This document shows, one piece after another, positions 1 to 8,427 of a DNA stretch of 64,000 nucleotides (position 1 is the stretch's first letter; each line of letters begins with the position of its first letter). The position numbers and the translations under genes are program-made. The notes beneath the pieces are model-generated. The model was not told the origin of the DNA, made no database searches, and saw only the letters and a program-made list of their open reading frames with translations. This stretch comes from Thermoproteota archaeon. Its GTDB lineage: Archaea; Thermoproteota; Methanomethylicia; Culexarchaeales; Culexarchaeaceae. The stretch covers positions 71,423-135,422 of the forward strand of contig JAJHRD010000001.1 of the NCBI GenBank assembly GCA_020833005.1, written 5' to 3'.

Positions 1-636
1 ACGTGTATCCCCAGAGAAAACTATTTTAATGCCATCCCTAGGTGGATCCATAACTTGATGTGGAAAGACGGGTTCCCCGAACATGTTTAATACGCATTTA
101 CCCTCCTGCAACATCTTCCACAAAGGCCCCCTTGGAACGCCAAGTGCTAAAGCCTTATCTGGGTGAAACTTGCCAGGCTTTGGCTTCTCCTCAAAGGAAT
201 ATGCATAACTTTGCTGAAAGTGCATAGCCTCAGTAGCTTTAACCACATAATCCCTCTCCTCAACCACTATTCCAGGGGTAACCTCACTGATATGCAGATC
301 ATATGATATTTGAAATTGAAGAAGCTCCTTAACTTTCATTATGAAATCTACAATCCCCTTAGGTCCATATACATACACATCATACTTCCTATCCATTAAA
401 GATAGCGTTTGAAGGAGGCCTGGAAGCCCTAAGACATGATCACCATGCATGTGGGTTATGAAGATCTTAAGGTTTTTAGGGAAACCTATACCGGCAATCA
501 TCATATTCCTCTGAGCACCCTCACCACAATCGAATATCAAAAGATCACCATGATACTTAAGAACAATACATGAAAGCCCACGCTTAACCGTTGGGAGACC
601 TGCACTAGTCCCGAGGAATATCAATTTCACGCTCAT
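1..636 (-). CDS. rnz: ribonuclease Z (tRNA 3'-processing metallo-beta-lactamase), partial; C-terminal part runs off the window
   Basis: My own minus-strand translation from ATG (636-634): MSVKLIFLGTSAGLPTVKRGLSCIVLKYHGDLLIFDCGEG...ITHMHGDHVLGLP (HxHxDH)...FSGDTR. No stop before position 1, so it is absent from the ORF track. GGAGG lies 5 nt upstream. Confidence 0.8.
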   Translation of the reverse strand, partial: MSVKLIFLGTSAGLPTVKRGLSCIVLKYHGDLLIFDCGEGAQRNMMIAGIGFPKNLKIFITHMHGDHVLGLPGLLQTLSLMDRKYDVYVYGPKGIVDFIMKVKELLQFQISYDLHISEVTPGIVVEERDYVVKATEAMHFQQSYAYSFEEKPKPGKFHPDKALALGVPRGPLWKMLQEGKCVLNMFGEPVFPHQVMDPPRDGIKIVFSGDTR

Positions 637-646
637 AAACCTCCAC

Positions 647-1687
647 CTACACTTTGAACACACAGATTTCTCTAATTAAACTTTTATGAACCCTCATGAC
701 ATGGGACTCCACCAACTTAAATCCCACATCTAAACCAATATTTTTAAGATCCACATTCTCAGGGGCGGCAATGCAAATGTAACCATCTTTAGACATTAAG
801 CCATATATGTCTTGTAAGAAACATTTAATTAAATTTTTTAGATTCATACCCTTCGTGGAAGCAGTTCTACCATAAGGAGGATCTGTGGCGACGAAATTCA
901 CAGACTTGAATGGTAAATGCTTAGCGTCCCCCAATATTAAATTGTAATTTTTGATGTTGAAGTACCTTAAATTGATTAGACAACCCCTAATCATCTTTAT
1001 ATCAATATCCAATCCAACGACTTCACATCCGATCAGAGCCGCCTCTATTAAAAATCCACCAAAACCACAGAATGGATCGAAGAATAATCCTCCAGGTCTA
1101 GCTCTACATAAATTCACAAAAAGCCTAGATATTATTGGATTTAATGAGCTTGGATGGATAAATGGTCTATTTCCAACCCATCTTGAGTGAAAATCTCTCC
1201 TACAAGACTCCCCGAGGAGGACACCTAGGAGGAAGCTCCCACCACTCAAAATACCAACGATAATCTCCTCTGGGGAATCGAATTTAACCCGTGCAGAACC
1301 ATTAAGGCTTTTATAAATGATCTCACCGATCATAGATTCCAAAGTTCTAGTGGATAAATTAGCAGAGGATGATAGAACCCTATGAATCCTCACATGAAAA
1401 CTCTTACCATTCAGAAATGACCAATCAACATCCCTACAAGCCTTAATAATACTATCATAATCCGCATTACAGAAAACCAGCTCCCTAGCTCCAAAAAATG
1501 ACATACTAGACCTTTTGAGAATCGTTCTAATGGATTCCTTTAATGATGAAAACCTGAAAACGCATGGAAGAGATGAATTCAATGTATATGGTATTTGCTC
1601 AGCCTCCAAAATAGCTTTAACTTCAGCCATTGGAAGCGATGGATGTTCACAAGATAATCTTAAGAAGAAGTTTTCCATAAGCATCAT
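647..1687 (-). CDS. THUMP-domain tRNA (guanine-N2) methyltransferase (Trm-G10/Trm11 family)
   Basis: 346 aa. Rossmann MTase motifs (FDPFCGFGGF; VATDPPYG) after an N-terminal THUMP-like region. Confidence 0.7.
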   Translation of the reverse strand: MMLMENFFLRLSCEHPSLPMAEVKAILEAEQIPYTLNSSLPCVFRFSSLKESIRTILKRSSMSFFGARELVFCNADYDSIIKACRDVDWSFLNGKSFHVRIHRVLSSSANLSTRTLESMIGEIIYKSLNGSARVKFDSPEEIIVGILSGGSFLLGVLLGESCRRDFHSRWVGNRPFIHPSSLNPIISRLFVNLCRARPGGLFFDPFCGFGGFLIEAALIGCEVVGLDIDIKMIRGCLINLRYFNIKNYNLILGDAKHLPFKSVNFVATDPPYGRTASTKGMNLKNLIKCFLQDIYGLMSKDGYICIAAPENVDLKNIGLDVGFKLVESHVMRVHKSLIREICVFKV

Positions 1688-2562
1688 TTAATAATGGATT
1701 TTATTGCAGATGCTATGGCGGGGGCAACTGACACCCTACTATAATATGATTCGATGGTATCGGTTGAAATTATATCATAAACACCAGCATTAAACATGTT
1801 AATCACAGCATTGCCAATGAAGAGTCCATGCGTACAGCAAGCGAATACCCTATTAGCTCCATGCTCTTTCAAAATCTTAATAGCGTTAATCATAGTTCCA
1901 CCAGTACTTATTATGTCATCAACCAATATAACATCTCTACCACCAACATTAAACTCCTTCAACTCAGACTCCACAGCCCCACTACTCCTATCCCTCCTTT
2001 TAACGATGTAATCAGACTCGGCACCAATAATCTTAGCAACAGTTTCCGCATACTTAAACGCTTTAGCATCTGGAGCTATAACTATTGGATTTATAAGATG
2101 ATATTTTGAAAGGAAATCACCAATAAATGGGAAGGCAGATACCTCCATCGCCCTATTCCCAAAGAACTTCAACACCTCCCCACTATGAACATCCACAAAC
2201 ACATACCTATCTATATCAAATGTTTTAAGCAAATCTGCAAGAACTTCAACACTTACTATTTCACCATCAAGAAACCTTTTATCTTGACGCATATATGCAA
2301 GGTAAGGTATAACCAAAATTATATCTTTAGCCCTATAATCACTTAGTAGCTTCAAGAGGAAGAATAGCTCAACAATCCTCTTATCTTGGGGTGGAGTAAG
2401 CGAGTGAACTAAAACCACAGAATCATCAACCTTAGATAACAATCTAAAATAACTTTCACCATCAGGAAAAATCTTCCATTCAAAATTAACCAAATCCAAT
2501 GATAATAGCATTGAAAGACGTCTACCAAGACCTTGAGAAGATGGACCCATCATCAACTTCAA
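1684..2562 (-). CDS. prs: ribose-phosphate pyrophosphokinase (PRPP synthetase)
   Basis: 292 aa. PRPP-binding loop VILVDDIISTGGTM. 4-nt overlap with the downstream gene. Confidence 0.85.
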   Translation of the reverse strand: MKLMMGPSSQGLGRRLSMLLSLDLVNFEWKIFPDGESYFRLLSKVDDSVVLVHSLTPPQDKRIVELFFLLKLLSDYRAKDIILVIPYLAYMRQDKRFLDGEIVSVEVLADLLKTFDIDRYVFVDVHSGEVLKFFGNRAMEVSAFPFIGDFLSKYHLINPIVIAPDAKAFKYAETVAKIIGAESDYIVKRRDRSSGAVESELKEFNVGGRDVILVDDIISTGGTMINAIKILKEHGANRVFACCTHGLFIGNAVINMFNAGVYDIISTDTIESYYSRVSVAPAIASAIKSIIK

Positions 2563-2642
2563 AGCTATACCACCATCAGTAAAAGTATATCCACTAAACC
2601 TAAATAAAGATTAATTACAATACACTAGACAATCGAAATTAG

Positions 2643-2736
2643 TGCGGCGGCCGGGATTTGAACCCGGGTTTCCCGTCCAAAAATGGATAACAGGCTCGGC
2701 AAGCCTGTGTCCTAGTCCAGGCTAGACCACCGCCGC
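2643..2736 (-). tRNA. tRNA-Gly (anticodon GCC) with a ~18-23 nt insertion between anticodon stem and T-stem (putative non-canonical intron)
   Basis: Manual fold of the reverse complement. Acceptor GCGGCGG/CCGCCGC. D-stem GUCU/GGAC. Anticodon stem CAGGC/GCCUG, loop UUGCCGA. T-arm CCGGG-UUCAAAU-CCCGG. Extra UUAUCCAUUUUUGGACGGGAAAC before the T-stem. No encoded CCA. Confidence 0.8.
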
Positions 2737-2795
2737 AACAATAAAAATGTAGTTAACCATAGAAATAAAATTTACCAAAGCCCATTTAAAAAACT

Positions 2796-2805
2796 ATTTA
2801 TAATA
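2796..2805 (+). promoter_or_regulatory. TATA-like box (atttataata) ~30 nt upstream of the ATG at 2836; implies a leaderless mRNA
   Basis: AT-rich TATA-like hexamer at the expected distance; typical crenarchaeal leaderless layout. Confidence 0.35.
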
Positions 2806-2835
2806 CTTCCATTATTGAAAAATAGGTATAACGCT

Positions 2836-3222
2836 ATGAGCAATGAAGAGAGCATACAATGCCCATGTGGAACAATAATAAGAGACCCAAAGCAGTATAA
2901 GATCGTATTCATAAGGAAGGAAGCACTTGAAATAGATATACTATGCCCCAACGACCTATGCTACCTTAAAGAATTAGGATACGTAAAATTTGAAGTAAAC
3001 GATGACAATAGCATAAAACTAATCAAAGCAGAATTCAACACACCATTCGTAACCTGGAATTCAAGTAGAATTGGATATGAAAAGACATCAGAGGAACTTA
3101 AAAAGCATCTTAGAAAAATAGTATTGGAATTGATAGATTGGGATAAAATTAAGTGGCATCTTAGGGAAGGTGCTTCTGAAGCAAAATTTGAAGATATAAG
3201 TAAAGTGGAAGGAAACAATTAA
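2836..3222 (+). CDS. hypothetical small Cys-containing protein (CPCG...CPNDLC, possible zinc ribbon)
   Basis: Track ORF 2815..3222 begins at TTG; the first ATG at 2836 gives MSNEESIQCPCG. No family recognised. Confidence 0.4.
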   Translation: MSNEESIQCPCGTIIRDPKQYKIVFIRKEALEIDILCPNDLCYLKELGYVKFEVNDDNSIKLIKAEFNTPFVTWNSSRIGYEKTSEELKKHLRKIVLELIDWDKIKWHLREGASEAKFEDISKVEGNN

Positions 3223-3259
3223 TTAAATGTTAACTGAAACTTAATTGAGGTGAAATATA

Positions 3260-4204
3260 ATGTCATGCTTTAAACAGGTATTGGAAGCTATAGACATACT
3301 TGAAGATTCAAAGATAAATGGAATAAAAATAAAGGAGGAAATGAATAGAAGAGGATTAAGCCATGTGGAAGTAAAGAGCGTAGAGGGAAAGAGGGGAAAG
3401 ACAGATTTTATAAAAATTTTGATTCCAGGTAAGGAGGGGAAGGTGAAGGGTGGAAACAAACCCACATTGGGAATAATTGGAAGACTTGGAGGGATAGGTG
3501 CAAGACCACAAATGATTGGCCTAGTTTCAGATGCTGATGGAGCAATAGTGGCAATAGCATCTGCAATGAAATTAGCTGACCTAATCATGAAAGGAGACGA
3601 ACTTATGGGGGACGTAATAATAACAACACATATATGTCCAAATGCACCCACAAAACCACATAAACCAGTACCATTCATGGACTCCCCGATCGACATGAAC
3701 ACCATGATCATAAACGAAGTTGACGAGAGAATGGATGCCATACTATCAGTGGATGCAACTAAGGGGAACAGACTAATAAAAGTGGAGGGATTCGCAATAA
3801 CACCCACAGTTCTCAACGGCTGGATCCTAAAGGTAAGTGATGACCTGATAAATATATATGAGAGAGTAACTGGACATAGAGCATATATAGTTCCAATAAC
3901 CATGCAAGACATAACACCATATGTGGAAGGCATATATCATATAAATAGCATAATGCAACCATGGATCGCCACAAAATCCCCAGTGGTTGGAGTAGCAATA
4001 ACAGCAGAAGTACCAGTAGCTGGATGTGCAACTGGAGCAACATATATAAATAGCTTAGAGAAAGCCACAAGATTCTGTATAGAAGTGGCAAAGGATTATA
4101 CTGCGGGATTATGTAAATTCTATGATGAAGAAGAATACAGAAAACTAATAAGCTTATATGGCGACATGGAAAGATTACGTGGAAACTTCGCTTCCAAAAA
4201 ATAG
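3260..4204 (+). CDS. conserved hypothetical protein, 314 aa
   Basis: Good SD GAGGTGA 8 nt upstream of ATG. Coding-like composition. Gly-rich segment GIIGRLGGIGARPQMIG. Family not recognised. Confidence 0.45.
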   Translation: MSCFKQVLEAIDILEDSKINGIKIKEEMNRRGLSHVEVKSVEGKRGKTDFIKILIPGKEGKVKGGNKPTLGIIGRLGGIGARPQMIGLVSDADGAIVAIASAMKLADLIMKGDELMGDVIITTHICPNAPTKPHKPVPFMDSPIDMNTMIINEVDERMDAILSVDATKGNRLIKVEGFAITPTVLNGWILKVSDDLINIYERVTGHRAYIVPITMQDITPYVEGIYHINSIMQPWIATKSPVVGVAITAEVPVAGCATGATYINSLEKATRFCIEVAKDYTAGLCKFYDEEEYRKLISLYGDMERLRGNFASKK

Positions 4205-5056
4205 CTTCAAAACATTCAAACTCTTTAATGAAGCAGAGTAGGAAAGATTTTCTATTATCAATGGCCCACTCAAATTGCAATTAAAAACCCTTTTAAGATA
4301 ATCCTTCCAAAACGGAGTACCCATATCAAGAGGCCAATGCCTATCAGCTAAACCATCGTTACCACTAATATGAAAATACGCTATCCTATCACGTAAAGAA
4401 TCAATATACGAATTGAAAAAATTCATAACATGGGCATGGGATATATCCAATGCCATCTTAAAACTATTTGATTTGCTAAAGAAACTTTTGAAATCTTCAA
4501 CCTTAAGTATTGTGGATCTATCAGTTGCCAAGTTTTCTATTAATGGAGTTATCCCATAATCACTACATAAATCTCCAATCGATAAGAGGAAGTTTATTCC
4601 ATCTAATATAGGCTCATTTAAATCTCTAAACAAATATGTAAAGGAGTCAAGCAACCCAGGATGGAAAACTATGAATTTACATCCCAGCTGATGCGCATGT
4701 TCCACAGACTCCCTATACATATCCATACTAAACCTTCTAGCCCTATAATTTGATGCTGAAATGTTAACTGAAGTGTATGGGGCATGTAAACTTAAAGTCA
4801 TATTTAGGGATGATGAAAGAGCCAGCATCCTTTTAATTCTATTAGAGTCAAGGAAATGCAAACCGTCATCCACAACCTCCCAAAGTGAAATTCCAGAAGA
4901 AGCTATGAAATTTAAAGCATAATCAAAATCCTTTGATATAAAGCAGAGAGAAGATAAGCCAACATTGAAAAACTTATTCAATTTCAACCCCCTCCTAATA
5001 GTAAACATTCCCCTTAAAACTAGGCTCTCGTATTTTACTAGCCAAATCACTACCAC
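4175..5056 (-). CDS. xylose-isomerase-like TIM-barrel protein with an endonuclease IV-like metal-ligand set (AP endonuclease family 2 / sugar-phosphate isomerase superfamily)
   Basis: Motifs in order: LSLHAPY, FHPG, IENLA, DISHAH, HISGNDG, DRH, IIENL. These match the nine-ligand pattern of Nfo-type enzymes. The true start may be M17 (about 5008). Confidence 0.55.
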   Translation of the reverse strand: MVVIWLVKYESLVLRGMFTIRRGLKLNKFFNVGLSSLCFISKDFDYALNFIASSGISLWEVVDDGLHFLDSNRIKRMLALSSSLNMTLSLHAPYTSVNISASNYRARRFSMDMYRESVEHAHQLGCKFIVFHPGLLDSFTYLFRDLNEPILDGINFLLSIGDLCSDYGITPLIENLATDRSTILKVEDFKSFFSKSNSFKMALDISHAHVMNFFNSYIDSLRDRIAYFHISGNDGLADRHWPLDMGTPFWKDYLKRVFNCNLSGPLIIENLSYSASLKSLNVLKLFFGSEVST

Positions 5057-5990
5057 AATACTTGCAGATCCTCTTCAAAAAGCATCCCCCTCCACAACTT
5101 AGAAATGACGATAAGGGGCATCCATTACAGTAATGGGTTACACAATTAATATTTTGGGATGTGCAACAATAGGATGTGAATAGATCTAGGAAGTCATGTA
5201 TAACCATAGGTTCTCTGCCAGAAACCTTAGAAACGAAATCTAAACATTCCCTTGTGCGAATTCTCAAAGCATAATCTTCGGAGAAGGTTAACTGGGATTG
5301 CACGATTTTATTCATGAACTCATTATCCAAATGTATCAAGCCACACCTCAAAACAAATGGTAGAATAGAACCATTAACTGGAAAATGAATATTATCAAAA
5401 TCATTAAATGATGTCACCCCCTTCCTAAATAACATTTTAGCTAAAAGTAAAGCCTTATACTCAACAGGATCATCAAAACCCATAAACTTCTTCAATCTCT
5501 CAATGAACCCAGAACCATTACGGTACAAGTAGTTTGAGGAAGCATAAACTACATCTAGAATCGAGTTACCATATTCAGACATAATCCTTTTAGCAACATC
5601 TCTAACCATCTTAATCCTACGATCAACATCAATAGTTTCAAAACCATATATCTCCCCATAATTAAACATTCTCTCAAAGAAACTTCTATCTAAATTGGAG
5701 GTATACTCAAGGGAGAAGAATTTAGGGTCTTCATCAAAAATCAATTTACCCAAACGCCAAAATAATCTAGAACCATAATAGTATTTACCATCAACATAAC
5801 CATAAAATATCGACCCCGAAAAGGAGTAATCCATAAGAACCATGAAGAAAAGATAATTTGAAACAAGATCATACCCATAAGATAAATCTGGATAAAATTC
5901 GGTATTAGAATAATAGTTTTGCGGAATGTCAAGACTACTTAAAAGCCAGCCAAATGCCAATCCCCTATTTAAATCCAACATAACCCTCAA
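4995..5990 (-). CDS. hypothetical protein with C-terminal Cys-rich cluster
   Basis: 331 aa. C-terminus CCTSQNINCVTHYCNGCPLSSFLSCGGGCFLKRICKYCG (10 Cys in 38 aa). No family recognised. Confidence 0.4.
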   Translation of the reverse strand: MRVMLDLNRGLAFGWLLSSLDIPQNYYSNTEFYPDLSYGYDLVSNYLFFMVLMDYSFSGSIFYGYVDGKYYYGSRLFWRLGKLIFDEDPKFFSLEYTSNLDRSFFERMFNYGEIYGFETIDVDRRIKMVRDVAKRIMSEYGNSILDVVYASSNYLYRNGSGFIERLKKFMGFDDPVEYKALLLAKMLFRKGVTSFNDFDNIHFPVNGSILPFVLRCGLIHLDNEFMNKIVQSQLTFSEDYALRIRTRECLDFVSKVSGREPMVIHDFLDLFTSYCCTSQNINCVTHYCNGCPLSSFLSCGGGCFLKRICKYCGSDLASKIREPSFKGNVYY

Positions 5991-6069
5991 ATCAATCTAA
6001 ATCAATGTATAATATGGAAAATTTAAAATTTAACCATCAAGATTATGAAGACAAGAAAGCGGAAGGGAA

Positions 6070-7176
6070 ATGAGAATAATAAATTTTGACGAAAAAAGTG
6101 GGGAAATGGTATTAAAGATAGAAGATGAAGATGATCTCTGGCTACTCCACAATATAATCGATAGAGACGATGAAGTATACGCTAGAACAACTAGAGAAAT
6201 AAACATGGGAAATAAAAGCGTAAGAAAGAGCATGTACATTGGAATAAAGGTAAATAAGGTGGAATTCCAACCATTCACAAATAGACTTAGAATTCACGGC
6301 ACAATAATATACCATCCAGAAAAATACGAGGAATACGGGTTCCTAGGAAGCCACCACACAATAAACGTAAAAGTTTCAGATGAAATAAAGATAAAAAAGA
6401 GTAAGTGGCAAAAATACATAATAAATCAGATAGAGAGAAGCTGTGGAAAAAGCGAGAAAGTCCTGATAATATCAATTGACGATGAAGAAGTAGCCGCAGG
6501 AATATTGAGAAGTTATGGATTGGAAATAATTTTTGAAATGCAACTCAAAATCCCAGGAAAAAGGGAAGCAGAAGCAAGGGAAGAAAAGGTGGATAAAGAA
6601 TTAAGGGAAATTTCAAAGAAAGTTATGGAAATCATAGAAAGGAGGGATATAGAGATATTGGTAATTTCCGGAATAAGCTACATGAGAGAGAAATTAACTG
6701 AAAAGATACTGGAAGATCTAAAGGGGTTGAAAAAGAAACCAAAAATAATAAGTGAAGATACATCAAACGGCGGAGTAAGAGGACTTTATGAAACCATAAA
6801 GAGAGAAAGCATAACCAAAGCTCTTGAGAAGATAAAAATGATTGAAGACAATAAAATAATGGGAGAATATCTACAAATACTCATAAAAGAACCGTCAATG
6901 GCAATCTATGGATTAAACGATGTATACAATGCATCAAAAATTGGAATTATAAAGACACTACTCATATTAAATAGAAAACTCAAAACTTATGATGAAGAAA
7001 GGGAGAAACTTGAAGAAGTAATAGGGAATGTTGAGAAATATAATGGGGAAATTAGGATAATATCAGATGAAAGCGAAGCTGGGAGAGAGTTAAATTCGAT
7101 TGGAGGAATAGCTGCAATACTGAGATACAAAATGGAAACTCCTTTAAAAAATGTTAACACTAATATTAAAAGTTAG
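6070..7176 (+). CDS. pelA: Pelota/Dom34 (mRNA surveillance factor, aRF1-like)
   Basis: 368 aa. N-terminus MRIINFDEKSGEMVLKIEDEDDLWLLHNII is typical of Pelota; eRF1-like domains 2 and 3 follow. Confidence 0.75.
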   Translation: MRIINFDEKSGEMVLKIEDEDDLWLLHNIIDRDDEVYARTTREINMGNKSVRKSMYIGIKVNKVEFQPFTNRLRIHGTIIYHPEKYEEYGFLGSHHTINVKVSDEIKIKKSKWQKYIINQIERSCGKSEKVLIISIDDEEVAAGILRSYGLEIIFEMQLKIPGKREAEAREEKVDKELREISKKVMEIIERRDIEILVISGISYMREKLTEKILEDLKGLKKKPKIISEDTSNGGVRGLYETIKRESITKALEKIKMIEDNKIMGEYLQILIKEPSMAIYGLNDVYNASKIGIIKTLLILNRKLKTYDEEREKLEEVIGNVEKYNGEIRIISDESEAGRELNSIGGIAAILRYKMETPLKNVNTNIKS

Positions 7177-7195
7177 GGGAATATAATCTGTTTAA

Positions 7196-7251
7196 GGCTA
7201 TGATGATGCGTGTAAGGTCTGAATATTGATGAACCAGCTAACTCTGAGCCC
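7196..7251 (+). ncRNA. box C/D sRNA (2'-O-methylation guide)
   Basis: 5'-GGCU-AUGAUGA(C)-UGCGUGUAAGGU-CUGA(D')-AUAU-UGAUGA(C')-ACCAGCUAACU-CUGA(D)-GCC-3'. Terminal GGC/GCC stem. Guides of 12 and 11 nt. Lies in the 134-nt spacer between pelota and the next gene. Confidence 0.8.
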
Positions 7252-7319
7252 ATGAAAAATAAAAAAGAAAAAGAAAAATTTAAAAATATGCAAAATAAAA
7301 AATAAGGGAGTTGAGTACA

Positions 7320-8417
7320 ATGTTTGATTGGAGAGAAAGCCCAACTTTCAGAAAATATTCAAAGGCAATAGATAAAACATGCCAGAAGATAATAAAGGCA
7401 CTACATGAAACAGGAACTAATAATTTATCTTTACTTGCAAAGAAAACTGGAATGTCACCCGCACTAGTACACTACTACTATGATAAACTGACAAGCAAGA
7501 ACATACTAAAACTAAAAGTGAAAGTCAACGTGGTAAACATGGGGCTACAACCCATAGAAATCATATTTAAAGACGAGGGTATGGGGAAAGAACCTGGCTT
7601 AGAATCATATTTAAAGGGCATTGAATATTGGAGAAATATAGAGAAATACTATGTGCAGATGGACACCTACTGGCACGTATACTTCAATATACCAAAAGAA
7701 GCTATAAATGACTTCAATAGATATGTAAGGAATGTTAGTGAGAAAGCTGGTGTAAGAATCGTATACATGAATACAAATCCAATAGACATAAACCCCAAGC
7801 CAAATGTAGATTGGTTTAATGATGAAGAAAGAAGATGGGAGTTTAAATGGAGTGAATGGATGGACGAAGTAGTTCTAGGCAGTAGAGAAGTAGATTTCAC
7901 CGTACCAAAAATGGGAGAATTTGTAGTGCTAGATAAACCAGATGTATTTATAATTCAAAAACTTGAGGAAGATGCAGAAACATCATTCAAAGAAATGGCG
8001 AATGAAATGGGCGTCACTCCACCAACTGTCAGATACCACTACTACAAACATCTAGTGAAATATGATATCATCGAGGGTTATGAAGCAATATTAAAGCTAT
8101 TCCCAGAAAACATATCAATAAATATTCTGGGACATATTCAATTCACAAGTAGAAAGAATATGAACAGCTTCATTGCTTCATTAGAGGGGAAACCCTTCTC
8201 CAGTAGAGTGTTAGCAAACTTAGAGGATAATAGGGCGACAGTATACTTCTACATACCATTCGATCAAATAGTGGAATTAAATAAGGCATTGATTAATATG
8301 AAAAGGGCAGGTATAATAAAGGATTGCACCATGGGGTTAATAGATTATAAATCAAAAATGGAGAAAAGTCTACCAATGAATTTGTATGAGAAAGGAAATT
8401 GGAAAATGTTTTTCTAA
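7320..8417 (+). CDS. tandem-duplicated winged-HTH transcription regulator (two Lrp/AsnC-like HTH modules)
   Basis: Track ORF starts at TTG 7311; ATG at 7320 has SD AAGGGAG. Internal repeat: LAKKTGMSPALVHYYYDKL versus MANEMGVTPPTVRYHYYKHL. Each HTH is followed by a ~120-aa domain. Confidence 0.5.
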   Translation: MFDWRESPTFRKYSKAIDKTCQKIIKALHETGTNNLSLLAKKTGMSPALVHYYYDKLTSKNILKLKVKVNVVNMGLQPIEIIFKDEGMGKEPGLESYLKGIEYWRNIEKYYVQMDTYWHVYFNIPKEAINDFNRYVRNVSEKAGVRIVYMNTNPIDINPKPNVDWFNDEERRWEFKWSEWMDEVVLGSREVDFTVPKMGEFVVLDKPDVFIIQKLEEDAETSFKEMANEMGVTPPTVRYHYYKHLVKYDIIEGYEAILKLFPENISINILGHIQFTSRKNMNSFIASLEGKPFSSRVLANLEDNRATVYFYIPFDQIVELNKALINMKRAGIIKDCTMGLIDYKSKMEKSLPMNLYEKGNWKMFF

Positions 8418-8427
8418 ATATGGATGG

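Noticed and set aside
951-1190. Numerous 60-175 aa ORFs in the track lying antisense to, or nested in, strongly supported genes (e.g. 951-1190, 1796-2109, 3241-3933, 3813-4280, 10642-11574, 14410-15290, 15465-15953, 16347-16727, 22467-22907, 23036-23491, 28014-28541, 62455-63384)
   Set aside because: They overlap CDSs with clear family signatures on the opposite strand. They show low-complexity or repetitive composition (S/L/P-rich) typical of shadow ORFs in AT-rich genomes. They have no SD or promoter context.
7254-7300. A-rich low-complexity run (aaaaaagaaaaagaaaaatttaaaaatatgcaaaataaaaaataa) considered as a repeat or mobile-element remnant
   Set aside because: Single occurrence between the sRNA 3' end and the SD of the next gene; consistent with an AT-rich promoter/terminator spacer rather than a repeat family.
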